This document shows positions 10,901 through 22,986 of a DNA stretch of 64,000 nt, one piece after another. The stretch is from Basidiobolus meristosporus CBS 931.73. Its lineage: Eukaryota; Fungi; Basidiobolomycota. The notes under the pieces were generated by a model that saw only the letters and a list, made by a program, of their open reading frames with translations, was not told the DNA's origin and searched no databases. Positions within the stretch are counted from its first letter, which is position 1, and the number at the start of each line of letters is the position of its first letter. Location of the stretch: assembly GCA_002104905.1 (NCBI GenBank), contig MCFE01000386.1:19467-83466 (forward strand), in the 5' to 3' direction. The position numbers and the translations under genes are program-made.

Positions 10901-13695
10901 ATTAGAGGTTTGCTATATATGCCATCATTGGAGTTCGGCTACTAGGTCTCTGACAGCACCATGTACAGCACGTAATATCTGAGCACACAGAAAGTTTAAA
11001 AACACTGACATACTCGACGCTATTGTATGCAATCAATTGGTAAGTATAGCATGAACACTCCATCGCTTACTTGGCCTTACATCCATGATTCATAGGTTAC
11101 GTGAGCTTTTAAACGCGTTCAGCGACCAAAAAGACGAAGAGATGTTAGGTATTCCATTCACTGTCTACTCTTGTATCTATTCCCTGAGCTAATGTACATC
11201 GATATCAGGAAAATGTCTTATTCGTCTGAGCCATATCGAGGCACTTGAGCATGAATTGGAGAGCATCCTATCATATATGCCTAAAATCTCGCCGTCACTC
11301 CACTTACTTGACTTACCCGAGACCCAGGAAGGAAATGGCGCAACTCGCTCAACACAAAACAAAGAAATAACAATTCAGGTGGGTTGTGGCAAAGAAAATG
11401 AGAATGCAATTGGAAGCAGCATTCTCAAATGGTTCCCATGTTTTCGTAGGCACCCAAGAAGCGAGTTACCGAAAAAGCTGGCTCAGATAGAGAGGATGAC
11501 TCAACAAGCGTAAAAGCCTCACATACTACTCAGGTTACCGGAACGCTTCCTTATTTCCGAGAATTGGAGGTATTTCCATTTTTATTTTCTATGTCGGCTT
11601 GACTTACTAACCCTGGCATTGATTAGATGAGCGTATTCAAACTGCTTCGTTGTGAACAACTGAAAGCCACACACGATCCAGATGTTTCACCCCACGAGAA
11701 ATCTACCTTAACGGTATGGTGCGATGTATCCGTATCTTCCAATGCCAACTCACTAACGATGAAATTCAATGACTCAAGTATTCCGATTTGCGTTTTCTCA
11801 TCAAAGATCTGAAAGAGAAACTTGCGTTTAAATTGGGACAGACGACTCCCTCGCCTTTTGGAAGACTCAAGAAGAAAGACAACGGATCTCGCTTTCAGAT
11901 GTTGGCGCGCAAAGGACCTCAAGAAGTCATGTCAGAGGTGGGTCAGTCATATATAGATATCTCAAAAAACCATCACTTAATGAAGGATATGGAATAGGTC
12001 AACGAAATTCTACCATACCTTTGTAGGCATCTGGAGAATGCTGCACAAGAGATTCAAGTTTTGGTAAGTCAACAACCTTCCGGTCTCGTTGCTGCTACCG
12101 CTGCTTATTTATTTGCCATAGGGAACAGATGGTGATACCACCTCTGAGGTAAAGTGCAAGCATTCAATACATGGACAGCGTAGTTTTACTCAAAGTGCTT
12201 GCTGGTTCACAGCGGATCGAAGTTGAATGTATCGACATCATACTCAATACTTTGATCATTATCTTCTCCTGGTCCGACCTGTCGAGTCCAGATAATGAAC
12301 CGATTCTATCGGTAAGCTACCGATTATTCTCATCGATGTGCTGTATTCGTACTAACATTGGGACCTTGGCCAGAAAACATTGAATAATCTAGCTTCTAGA
12401 ATAAAGCTCTCCACCGAGTCACCCACAAACCAACTTCAAGAACTAGTCCAGGAGGCCTTCGAATATGTTTACAAATTCTCCGACCTTTTCCAAACAGCTA
12501 GCTTGTCTATCTTACTACACAAATTGCTAGGGAAAATCATGGAGCTTGCTCCACAAGTACAGCTACTCTCGCCGGAAATTGGGAAATTCTCCGAAAAGCT
12601 TCTTGGTTGTCAATGGAGTGACATTCACGCAATCAAGGTATATTAGCACTGCTTTATGCACACGATTGCAGACCCTAACTTCGAAGTGATACTCTACAGA
12701 GTGACGATTTAGGATATTTGCTACGACAGCGAATCCTTCATTCAGAAGACCCCTTGGGCACAATCGAGGAGTATGCATCTGTTATCCTCCCAGGCCTGTT
12801 TTCAGGCGATGTAGACCTATTGGAGGATCATCCTCTGCTCACCCGAGAAACATTCTTGACATTTTACAAGACGGTAAACAACGAACTGATCAATGTGGTG
12901 GGACAATTTCAAGACCGTTTAGAAGAGCAGGATGCTCTGATATGTCACATCTCCAAGATCGTCATCAGTTGGCAAAACTTGGTGGGATTTGCCAAGAATT
13001 GTGAAAAACGGCCGTTACTTACACTTGTACTCAAAAATGGTCGAACTTTTATCGAACTCTTCCTGAAGAAAATCATGCCCTGTCTGGACGTAAACTTTCG
13101 TACCTATCGAAACGAGATCCTTTCCATCTTCAAGAAAATTCAAAATGCCACTCGCATATTGCAAAATGTTTGCTCTCACTCTAAGGTCACGAAGGACCTG
13201 GTCCTTACTGCCAACGTACCATTGACACGCAAGGCCCTGGAAACACTGTTGTTTAGAGTTAAAGCTTTGCTGGAACACAACCATTGCTTGGGTGCATTCT
13301 GGCTGGGAAATCTCAAACATCGCAGTATTACCGGTGAAGAGGTATCCTCCCAGATTCCCCAAGATGAAATACAAGATCAAGAGTCGGAAGCGTACGGCTC
13401 AAGTTCTCATGCTCCTCTTAAAAGTGCCAAAATTCGGCGAAAGCGTAAGGCTCCACCGACGCATTCCAATAGCAACTTGGACGCCGATGAGGAATCCAAC
13501 AAGCACACTCGGACGGAAGTACCTCCGGAACACAGGAAACTCTCCAACTCGCAAATATCAAATAGTGACGTTGAAGAGGAAACTGCTGAACAATATTTGA
13601 ACCTGGAGGCCATTGAGGACGAGATGGAGGAGGAGGATGAAGAAGAGGAAGAAGAAGAAGAGGCACAAGATTCTGATGGCTCCATCCTAATTTAA
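7963..13695 (+). CDS. FANCD2: Fanconi anemia group D2 protein homolog, multi-exon
   Basis: Exons translate to DSLVRILLSIDSVQP, ILHQLRWLDHIVEP, QEVIGSLVTHIGSG, LNIVIRKQLSSSIEKYRQMGVVGAL (monoubiquitination-site motif), TRILQNVCSHSKV and FWLGNLKHRSITGEEVSSQ, with an acidic tail. Many short GT-AG introns. Confidence 0.92.
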
Positions 13696-14529
13696 CTTAC
13701 GCTGCTCCGTAACGTATCGCACATTTATTGTATTTGTTGAATAAATAATAGTCATTGCGAATAAACCCTACGTTTGCAAATATAAACCTCGCCACACTTG
13801 ATACGTATTATATGGCCCTCGTTCATTCAACTATCTTTAATAAACACCAGCAACTAGTATTTGATGCCAATGAAAGGCAACACCGACTACAGCGGTTAAA
13901 AAGAAAAAGAAAATGCGCAGCTCAGGGAACAAGGTGTAGTTTGTTTATGGGCAAACATACCACCGAGCCCTATCACACTATCGTACTAATAGACTAATCT
14001 AACTCCAGTAGAACAATCAATGCAATATCGGGAAGACGAATCATGAAGAAGCTTTGGGGAGGGGTAAACATTCGTAATAGAATAAACAAACATTAGGAAA
14101 TCAAAAAATCCAGAATTCAGTAATTTGTGTTACCGGAATTGCCATAACACAGCTCAACAACAGTCGGGAAAGGAGAAAATTTTCCTCCAAAACCACGGGG
14201 ATTCCTTTTTTTTTTCTCGAAACGAATCGAAGGAATCGGATGACGGGGGTTTGATTCGGTCATCATCACAATACTGACCGGATGGATTAAATAGGGCTTT
14301 AATACGAATCTTGAATGTCAGTATGGTCTAAAATCATTGTCCATAGTCCTGGACTTTCGTCCGGGGATCCACTAGGATTACGTATATTTGAGTACTTTAA
14401 AATTGATTTCTATCGGGGGTCCCTGACCATCAGAAAAGGGTTTTCCTCATCCAGAGTTCCTAATAAAAGGAGGCCATCTGCATATTCGTTGATTTGTCTC
14501 TCTTCTCTTTATCCTCAGAGTATACAAAC

Positions 14530-15238
14530 ATGGCCGCTGAAGTTCCTACTTTCAAACTTGTTCTTGGTAAGTGCACTCTCTTCTGGGTATGATCCCGCCT
14601 TGTGCTCGTTGCTGACCTGCGATGCTTCTCTAGTTGGTGATGGTGGTACCGGTAAGACTACCTTCGTCAAGCGTCACTTGACTGGTGAATTCGAAAAGAA
14701 GTACGTCGCCACCCTCGGTGTCGAAGTCCATCCTTTGACTTTCCACACCAACTTCGGTGCCATCTGCTTCAACACCTGGGATACCGCTGGACAAGAGAAG
14801 TTCGGTGGACTTCGTGATGGTTACTACATCCAAGGACAATGTGCCATCATCATGTTCGATGTCACCTCCCGTATCACCTACAAGAACGTCCCCAACTGGC
14901 ATCGTGACTTGGTCCGTGTCTGCGAGAACATCCCCATCGTTCTTTGCGGTAACAAGGTCGATATCAAGGAGAGAAAGGTCAAGGCCAAGACCATCACCTT
15001 CCACCGTAAGAAGAACCTCCAATACTACGATATCTCCGCCAAGTCCAACTACAACTTCGAGAAGCCTTTCCTCTGGTTGGCCCGTAAGTTGGTTGGTAAC
15101 CCTAACCTCGACTTCGTTGCCTCCCCTGCCTTGGCTCCTCCCGAAGTCTCAGTTGACCCTGCCCTCATGGCTGAATACAACAGGGAACTCGAGGCTGCTG
15201 CTAACCAACCTCTTCCTGAAGAAGATGAAGACTTGTAA
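14530..15238 (+). CDS. GSP1: Ran GTPase
   Basis: [12 protein letters not shown], intron 14567-14633, then [32 protein letters not shown]...[16 protein letters not shown]...NKVD, ending in acidic PEEDEDL. Confidence 0.98.
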
Positions 15239-15601
15239 ATGTAATGCTAGCCTATTACCTATACTCCCGTAGTTTCTTGCTATGAAAAAATATCATGAAA
15301 CCTGTATTCTTTAATAGAAAATGATTAAAACCATCATGAAAATGACGTCAAACTGCTCTATTCTCCCATGATTCAACCATTATTTCGAAGTTGGTACGTT
15401 TGGAGCCATGTCTGCATGGGTAAACTGTAGTCGATGACTATGATTTAATTAGCATGTTTCAAGAAATTAGTTGGTGATGCTTCGGGGAATGAAGATTGCT
15501 CGTAATATGTACTACTGAACTGAAGGGGGGGGGGCTTGGAGTATATTGGACAAAAAGAATGGGATTAATGATCGGGTCACAGGGTGGTTGGGTCTAGCAG
15601 G

Positions 15602-17678
15602 CTAGTGGCCGAAGTGGCTTGGCGCGTTGTGGAACAATGTTTTCCAGATGTAGGCTTGTGACAGCAGCATCTCAATCTCCTTCTCGGTCCAGTATTGGGT
15701 GGGGAGGGACTGGAGGTACATGATGATCTCCTGGAACTCCAGCTTTCTCAAATGCTCCGACCAGTGGACCAGGAACGCGGCGCACATGTACAGATGGAAG
15801 TCCGAAAAGCCCGACTCTCCTTCGGCCTGTTTTCGCGTCGAAAAGGATGGTGAAGGGAAATTAGCACGGGCTCAAGTCAAAGTGACCTCATATGGCGTAC
15901 CAAGTAAGTGTCCCACATACGGATGGTGGCGTTCATGGGGATTTCTCGCATTAGCAGACAGTTCATCCATCGGAAAGTGAACTGGATATACTCCACTCCT
16001 TCGGCTGCGAGGTGCGCGGCCAGCGGGGCTGTGAATTCAGAAAGGTCAATACTCCGGTTGCCAGGTCAGGCTTGGGGTACGGCGGGCTTACCATCGACTC
16101 GCTCAATGAACTCGCGAAGTTTGAAGATCTGGCGCTGAATGCCAGGTTGAGCAAAAGTATAGTTGTCCTGTCCAGGGAGGTGAGAGATCTGTGGGTCTGT
16201 CACGATGGCTTGTCTGTCAACTAACCTGAATCCCATCCAGTAGTTTGGTCAAGCACCAAAAGCTATCCGCCTCCAATGTGGTTAGGGCTTCTTTGGAGAG
16301 TACGCCAATATCATAGGTTTCAGGGTCTACGCCTTCATCTATTTCAACAAATGAATGGTTGTTCTTATCGAACCAACAGCATGCTGTGGGTAGGAATACC
16401 TATATAGGCAGTCAGGAAAACTTGGAAGAACGGGGTTACCAGATCATTGATCCCCTGTACATAGCCACTCGCTGGGTGTTGAACTGCCCAACAATACAAG
16501 ATACGTTTAAGGCACTGTCAGTACAAGGGTGAGTAACCTGAGTGAGCATACACAAGGGCTATCAGCACGAACCTCCTGTGTTACTGGATGCCGATATAGG
16601 GCGACTTCGGGGTTGGTTCTAGGAACGTCAATTGAGATCTGCTCAAATAAGCTTATTACGTCATGGCGATAAAGTCGGGTTGGAATAGATAGATCTTGCC
16701 TGGTGCCACATTTCCTCATCCAGACCAGCCTCGCCGCGACCAAATGTTTGGGTGATAGCGTCCTCATACTCTTTCCGCTTTCGAGCCAGTGTTTGGGCGC
16801 GTCGTTCAGCATTGCATGGCAAATACCCCTTGATTCGATGTATCAGTATGGTTGGCAAGGCAAAAAGTGCGGCAGGTACATACTAGCATTAGTCGCCATG
16901 CGGTTGGTCTTAGGTCTACTGGTATGCCATTCCAGCAAAGTTCTTGCAGCTTGGCTGAACAGTGAAGCCATCAGTTTGTGTTTTCCCAAAATTTCAACAA
17001 GTTCTCCTACCTAGGTCGACACTGGGTGCTTCAAGTAGCTTCTTCAGACGATTGTACTTCGACAATTGCGAGTCTGACATCTTGGATTTCAATGAAACCC
17101 GGGATGCGGATATCGGTGAATTTGTAGCGGACTGAGAGGTTTCTGGAAGGTTGAACATTGAGGTGTTAGTACTGCCTTCTTCAGATACAACGTAAGGAAT
17201 TGTTACTTGGTGGTGGGGTGCGTCCTCTGGTCAATTGTGCCGATAGGTCGCCTTCGAGATCACAATCAGATTCTCCCAGGTTTTGAGCACTGAAGAATGG
17301 TACATGCAGAGTATCTTTGTTGGAGTGAGCTTCCCCATTTACATCAGAATCCCAATCCTGGTTGATGTTGTCAATAAAGTCGGTTGGACTAATCCTTCCG
17401 GAGTATTTTTGGGTGCGTTGTGAGCTGCCTCCTTGCCGGTAGGAATTTCTAAAGGGAACCAGGGGTGTTGTTTAATACACCCAAAAAGGCAAGCTCGAGC
17501 GAAAAGCCTTTTGGCCAGATAATCTAGTATATACTCACGACAAATCCGAACCGGTGATGGCAGCTCCGTGAGAATACTGTGCTCCAAATATATTGAAGCC
17601 ATTTTGTTCGGATGACCTGAAAAGTGGACAAGTTAGCTTTTTCAATGAAGCATTCGATGTTGGCGGAAATGGTTTCAT
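15602..17678 (-). CDS. GYP1: TBC-domain Rab GTPase-activating protein (GYP1/TBC1D22 type), multi-exon
   Basis: KYNRLKKLLEAPSVDL, GYLPCNAERRAQTLARKRKEY, WHQ-ISIDVPRTNP (Arg finger) and C-terminal CAAFLVHWS...EFQEIIMYLQSLPT..WTEKEIEMLLSQAY. Start at 17678 inferred from splice-phase matching. Confidence 0.88.
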
Positions 17679-18365
17679 TGTCACAACGATGTGTTCAAAT
17701 GAAAGCGCCAAACACCACCTACTTCTCAGGAAGTTTCTTGAAAGAGCGTCTCCAGAAAGATTTGGTATCGGATTCACTAGGTCAAGCAATAGGTAATGAG
17801 CAAAATGACCTGTAGATTCAATCGGAGGGGGGCTGGGAATGACCAGGTATTCTGGTAATTTTTTGGTAAGGAAAACCCGACGATCTATTAGGATTCCACC
17901 TCACCTTGTATTCATTCTTTGTACAGAGAAAACACGGAATGGGCTCTAGTGTGGGCGAGTACTAAATCTAACCTAGCTTTAGAGGGTCACTTCAAAAATG
18001 AGCTGATATTGTTCGGTTGGTTCGAGATTCGGCCAAAGTAACCACCAACTGCCCATATTAATCAAATATGAATTGGAAAAGCCACACTGGATCACAAAAT
18101 ATATGGTTTAAAGTCCCACCAATCAGTGCCCCCTCTGATCCCAATGTACTGGCGATCAATTGGTGATAGGAACTCATTTCAACTCGAATAGTACTTTAAT
18201 TGCATGTGCAGCTGACCCGTACAATAGTGCATTCCTCTGACATTGTTTCAAATCATCGAACAATCCGCATTGAGCGCATGCATTACGGGTGTCAAATTTA
18301 AGGTTTGTTCACTATGTATGTTACATAAGCAGTCTTTTATTACAAAATCTCAAAACTGTGGACAA

Positions 18366-21300
18366 CTACTTTTGAACACGGAAGATACCCCAACTGTCTA
18401 ATAGGAACTCGGTGTTAATCCAGCCAGGACGATAAGCCCAGTCACCGGTGTAATTACTGGCATAGAATTCATTGGTGATACTGGTGCCTGTACTGATTGC
18501 ATTATTAACTGAGGAAACTCCGTGTTGTGGGGCCTTGAGTTGGTCTTCCCAGGCGTGGCCATGAAGATGGAACGAAAGCGGTCTTGGTTTATCCAGACCG
18601 CTGACAACGTGAAGTAATTGTTTAACTCCGGCCTGAGCGTGGAAGATGTGTGTTGAGGGATTGTTGTTTTTCAACCAGTTGGGTGCAGCAGCAGGCTGGT
18701 TGCGGTAGCTCATTGCCTTCAGACCAGTGTCTTGCAAACTAATAGTCGACTCGTTGGGAACAGGAGTAGTGAGGTTTGCAAGGATTTGGACTGGGCTGTT
18801 AACGGCATATGGGATTGGTTGGTTGACCTGATTATTCTGGAATAGACGCAAGCCAGACTGTAAGAGCACCACCTTGTCTTGGTAAAGCAGTCTTCTGCGG
18901 TTCTCGGATTTACCATAGACATTGTTGCGGTAGTAAACATTGGCTTCTGCCCCGTACCATTTGTCAGGTGTTTGGTGCGAGTCCAGGATCACCAGAGCTC
19001 CAATAAGCCCGTGATGCTTGTGGTTGCGAATGTCAGCGTGATCCTGAATCGGGAGAGCACCCAAATGCTGGTCGGCATAGAGACTGTAGGAGATTGTCTT
19101 CCCAGGGCCAACAGTCGAGTCCGGGTTGTAGCCAACATTCGTACCATCATCATATCTGACATCATGTTGTATGAGTGGCACATGCATAGATACCCTGCTA
19201 GACACCTTGCGGTCTGGAATGTCCGCTGTAACTGGGACAGGGAATGGCTCAGGCTCTAGCTGCTTCGGCAGAGCATTGTGCAGATGAATCAAAACACGCT
19301 CCCCTACCAGCCCTCTGATGATCAGCGGGTCGACATCCTTCCCGTTCACATTGAAGCACTCTCCGTTCTTGGGCTTGATGATCTTGGTGGTGTGGGGATG
19401 TTGGTACCCAGTCAAGCAATAGATCAGCCCAAATGGATCACTCCACCCATCCGAGTTGTACACAATCTCCTGACGCTTTGCAGTCACGAAGTATTGGCGT
19501 TCACCAGTCACCTTGGATCTGAACTTGCTGGCTGCTCTGGTCAAGCTCTTGCCCACACCCTTGGACTGTCTCGTGTGTGCATACCGATATCTGGCGATGC
19601 TCTTCAGCAATGGCGAGTGGTAGAAGGATGATCTCCTTTCTTGAGAGTCAGGAATCGGAGGCAAGTGCTTCTGAGGGGAGTCATGAACACGAACAATGCC
19701 CCAGTTACCAAGCCATAGGTCATCCACACCACCGAGCTTGTAGAGATGATCACCAGCACTATAATCAGCCTGAACTCTGAATGTGAAACCTTCAGAGATA
19801 CCAATAGTCTGCTGAGCAGTAACATTAACATTCGCAAGGTCTCTGAACTTTTGCCAGCGCATTCCATGCATCTCAAGACTGTGCGATTTGTCATGAGCAC
19901 CTTGTGCCAAACGTATGATAATATTGTCCCCTCGGTAGGCTTCGAACAAAGTGGTCGAAGGATCCCCATACTTGTTCTTGCTACTGAACCACTCCGACGG
20001 GTCCAATCCCTTTCTCTCGGATAAAGGCTCATTTCTGTAATTTAACAAAACTATACCTTGCTCCGGGAATGGGCTTTGGGCAGGTGGTGGATTGATTGCA
20101 GTGCCGTTTGAATAAAATGCTGGTGCAAAGTCACCAATGAACAGGACCTGCTCTCTGAATGACTCTTCCGGTCCAACCACTACTGCACTAACATTATAGC
20201 GCTGTTCAGTCTTTACATCACGTGGATTTAGGAACTTTGAGCCTTCGGGAGCCACTGGCGCCAGCCCATAAAGCCCCTTCTTCTGGCGATAACTAGCAAA
20301 CAAGTGATCGTGGAAGAATACGTGACCCAGAGCATCGTCGATCCACCAGCGATTAATCAGATACTTTCCGAACCGAGCCCCACTAATATAGTTCCAGCCA
20401 ACAGACGCACCATCACTACTAAGCACATCAAACTTGACGAGATGTACGTGCATTCCTGCCTCACCTTCGTGAGCCACAGCCTTACATCTCGGGAAATCGG
20501 GATCAAATACTGTGCCAGGAATGAATTCTGGCAGGTGGTTGTTGTATTGACTGACGGAGACACTCTTCTGAGTCACTCGCATTGCAAATGGCTCGTACTT
20601 GGCTGGGCGGCCAGGATCCGGTTTGACTTGCTCTTCTGCCTGGTACATGTGGCCATAAGGATAATACCATCCATGCTTGTTGTATTCGAGTTGGCGAGAT
20701 TGAATACTGACATTGAAGAAGTGCGTATCGACCTCACGAGGAGTGGGGATCAGGGTGAAGAAATTTCCAGGTTGAGGGTCCGAGTTCATATTGGCAACCT
20801 CTACCTTGGTAGCAGGACGGTAGTCCGAGCCCTCAGGGACCTTGCCTAGAATCTCCTCTGGCCATGGAACTCTCGGAGATTTCTGACCAGGAGTACCAGC
20901 AATGAAGTTGGGGAAGCCTGGCTGGATCTCGCTCTTGTATGGGGGATGTGGTCGACCCGGTAGTGGAGTCAACTTGGGAATAGGAGAGCCATCTGGATAG
21001 GTATAGCGCCCGTCTTCGTAGCGGTCCAACACACGCATCATACTCCACATTCCTGTCTCGAAGTGAACGTACAAATGGCAATGGAGAATAACATCTCCGA
21101 TCAACTTGAGTCTAGAGCCGGCGCCGAAGTGGATGTCCAAATCCCAGGTGGTCAATGGGGACAAGGAGAAGGAGTCGATGATGTCACTCTTACGATCACC
21201 TCTGCCTGAACTCCATTGATGGCCGTGCAAGTGGAATACGTGAGTTTCGGTAACACCAGTCTCGATCACTCTGAATCTCACCGGATCACCGGCGTATGCT

Positions 21301-22394
21301 CGGAAAACTGGGGTGGCTGGATCGCCAAACAGCCAGCTTGAGTGATGCTGTTCTTCACCATTCACGTTCGATATAGTGCCTTCGTTGATCATTCTCCACA
21401 GTGCGAGTTCCCGATTCTTCATTGGCTCCGAGCGGTAGTTGAAGAAATTCTCGATGAGGGTGCTCCCGGTGCTGTTGTTTCCGGTGCAAGGGTCGATTGT
21501 TGGGGGGCCGTTGTTGACCATTTGCACACGATCCTGGAAGAAGAGGGTGAACTCTCTGAAGGAGCAATCGGGGTGTGAATGCATCCTTTCTTCTGCATAG
21601 AAGTTTTCCACCTCCGGGCAACCTCCATGCATGGGGTAGGGATGGATATCAACATGGGTGCCCTCCTCTGTAGGCTTCCCAGTGACCGGGTCGGTCCAGA
21701 GAGAACCTCTTGGCTCCACAATGATAGCGGCGAACAACCCATGGACTACAGTACCTGTTGGGAATCCATCGTAGTTTCCACCGTCAGATATGAGGTAGGT
21801 TCCTTCCTTCAAGCAGGGCCATTCATATTCTGTCTCCTCATTGGTACTAACAATACTGGCTTGGTTATCACCGACTACAGTCCCGTCATTTGTGATGTCG
21901 TATCCAAAGAGGTAAGGATGCATCCCGACTTGGCGCCCATTGACAAGATTTGTGAATTTGACGTGCATCTTATCACCCTGGTTGCAGCGAAGTACCAGGG
22001 GACTGACGAGTGGATGTGTGGGCAAGTCACTGGAGTTCTGGGCTATCAGAGCTTGTAAATCCTGACGATAGGTGAGAAGTTCCTTGGCATTCTTCTTCAA
22101 AGCAAACATGGCGCCAGCTGGATCGTAGTCGCCCCAGTTGTTCACGACTAGAGGCATATCTATCGCCATGACATCATATTGACGGGTCTTGGGGACAAGT
22201 CGCTGAGACATACTGCCGCCTCTCTGATTCCAGTTGGATCGGCCTCTGTACGAGCTGTAGCCTCTTCTTTGTTCAGCGGCCGAAATTCCAGGAAGAAGCA
22301 AACCGAGTACCAGCATCAGCAGCATCAAGTAGATCATAGGACGTCCACCCCTGTCCCGTGCGTGCTCACGTTTCGATGTACGATTGTTGAACAT
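18366..22394 (-). CDS. MnxG-like six-domain multicopper oxidase (putative Mn(II) oxidase), copy 1; intronless, with signal peptide
   Basis: Long intronless ORF. Copper ligands THVFHLHGHQW, LHCHLYVHFETGMW, MHVHLVKFD and FFHDHLFA; MnxG-type motifs NNWGDYDP, VHGLFAAIIVEPRGSLWTDPVTG, NYRSEP, HHSSWLFGDP, DGASVGWNY, DIRNHK. Start placed at the MFNNR ATG (22394) from homology with copy 2 and a TATA box at 22451-22457. Confidence 0.88.
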   Translation of the reverse strand: MFNNRTSKREHARDRGGRPMIYLMLLMLVLGLLLPGISAAEQRRGYSSYRGRSNWNQRGGSMSQRLVPKTRQYDVMAIDMPLVVNNWGDYDPAGAMFALKKNAKELLTYRQDLQALIAQNSSDLPTHPLVSPLVLRCNQGDKMHVKFTNLVNGRQVGMHPYLFGYDITNDGTVVGDNQASIVSTNEETEYEWPCLKEGTYLISDGGNYDGFPTGTVVHGLFAAIIVEPRGSLWTDPVTGKPTEEGTHVDIHPYPMHGGCPEVENFYAEERMHSHPDCSFREFTLFFQDRVQMVNNGPPTIDPCTGNNSTGSTLIENFFNYRSEPMKNRELALWRMINEGTISNVNGEEQHHSSWLFGDPATPVFRAYAGDPVRFRVIETGVTETHVFHLHGHQWSSGRGDRKSDIIDSFSLSPLTTWDLDIHFGAGSRLKLIGDVILHCHLYVHFETGMWSMMRVLDRYEDGRYTYPDGSPIPKLTPLPGRPHPPYKSEIQPGFPNFIAGTPGQKSPRVPWPEEILGKVPEGSDYRPATKVEVANMNSDPQPGNFFTLIPTPREVDTHFFNVSIQSRQLEYNKHGWYYPYGHMYQAEEQVKPDPGRPAKYEPFAMRVTQKSVSVSQYNNHLPEFIPGTVFDPDFPRCKAVAHEGEAGMHVHLVKFDVLSSDGASVGWNYISGARFGKYLINRWWIDDALGHVFFHDHLFASYRQKKGLYGLAPVAPEGSKFLNPRDVKTEQRYNVSAVVVGPEESFREQVLFIGDFAPAFYSNGTAINPPPAQSPFPEQGIVLLNYRNEPLSERKGLDPSEWFSSKNKYGDPSTTLFEAYRGDNIIIRLAQGAHDKSHSLEMHGMRWQKFRDLANVNVTAQQTIGISEGFTFRVQADYSAGDHLYKLGGVDDLWLGNWGIVRVHDSPQKHLPPIPDSQERRSSFYHSPLLKSIARYRYAHTRQSKGVGKSLTRAASKFRSKVTGERQYFVTAKRQEIVYNSDGWSDPFGLIYCLTGYQHPHTTKIIKPKNGECFNVNGKDVDPLIIRGLVGERVLIHLHNALPKQLEPEPFPVPVTADIPDRKVSSRVSMHVPLIQHDVRYDDGTNVGYNPDSTVGPGKTISYSLYADQHLGALPIQDHADIRNHKHHGLIGALVILDSHQTPDKWYGAEANVYYRNNVYGKSENRRRLLYQDKVVLLQSGLRLFQNNQVNQPIPYAVNSPVQILANLTTPVPNESTISLQDTGLKAMSYRNQPAAAPNWLKNNNPSTHIFHAQAGVKQLLHVVSGLDKPRPLSFHLHGHAWEDQLKAPQHGVSSVNNAISTGTSITNEFYASNYTGDWAYRPGWINTEFLLDSWGIFRVQK

Positions 22395-22450
22395 CGTCAA
22401 GTGATACCAGTATCTACCTGAGCTGACGTTCTCGATGGCACCACAGCAGC

Positions 22451-22457
22451 TTATATA
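22451..22457 (-). promoter_or_regulatory. TATA box of MCO copy 1
   Basis: TATATAA on the minus strand, about 57 nt upstream of the MFNNR ATG, at nearly the same spacing as in copy 2. Confidence 0.5.
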
Positions 22458-22986
22458 TTGGCTAGCCTGTGACTGCTGTCTCATAGACGCACGCTTTGAG
22501 AGAATTTAGCTGGCACTGCATACAACTTTTGTTTGATCATTCCCATATCTTCTGTGTTTATCACGTTCCGGACTACCGATCAATATGAAACGAAAAAATG
22601 AAATTTTGTCACGCATTTCGACCGACCGAAAGCCAAGCAAAATCACGCAGACATTGGTAGATGAAACTTGTTCCGATTCCTACGCGATCAGAGCTTAGCT
22701 GCTTGATTGGATGGTCAAGAATTTCCCTGTTGTGTTGTTGCGCATGACACGATTGTTCACTGATTCGAGGGGTTTTCTTGATTCGTTGATTAGAGGAAAT
22801 GCACTGGACCGCTTACGATATTTACTTGTTACTGTGGCCTTTCCTTCCAACTCCTGCATTTGTGGCAGCTCAATCGACACTTTTTATTTGGCTCCATATA
22901 CTGACCCATGATGCAAGACAAGAATGGTTTGAACCGACTTTATTAACGAAACCACTGAATTTCTAAATTCTCTACAAAATTGCCAT

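Noticed and set aside
13620-13665. GAG/GAA triplet run
   Set aside because: It encodes the ordinary acidic tail of FANCD2.
14630-15022. Long antisense ORFs opposite Ran (also 29022-29756 opposite DED1 and the many + strand ORFs over the MCOs)
   Set aside because: Shadow ORFs expected from codon bias in highly expressed genes; no independent motifs.
22395-22484. Upstream ATG (MRQQSQ...) extending MCO copy 1 in the ORF track
   Set aside because: The extension contains the TATA box and has no counterpart in copy 2, whose start aligns with MFNNR at 22394.
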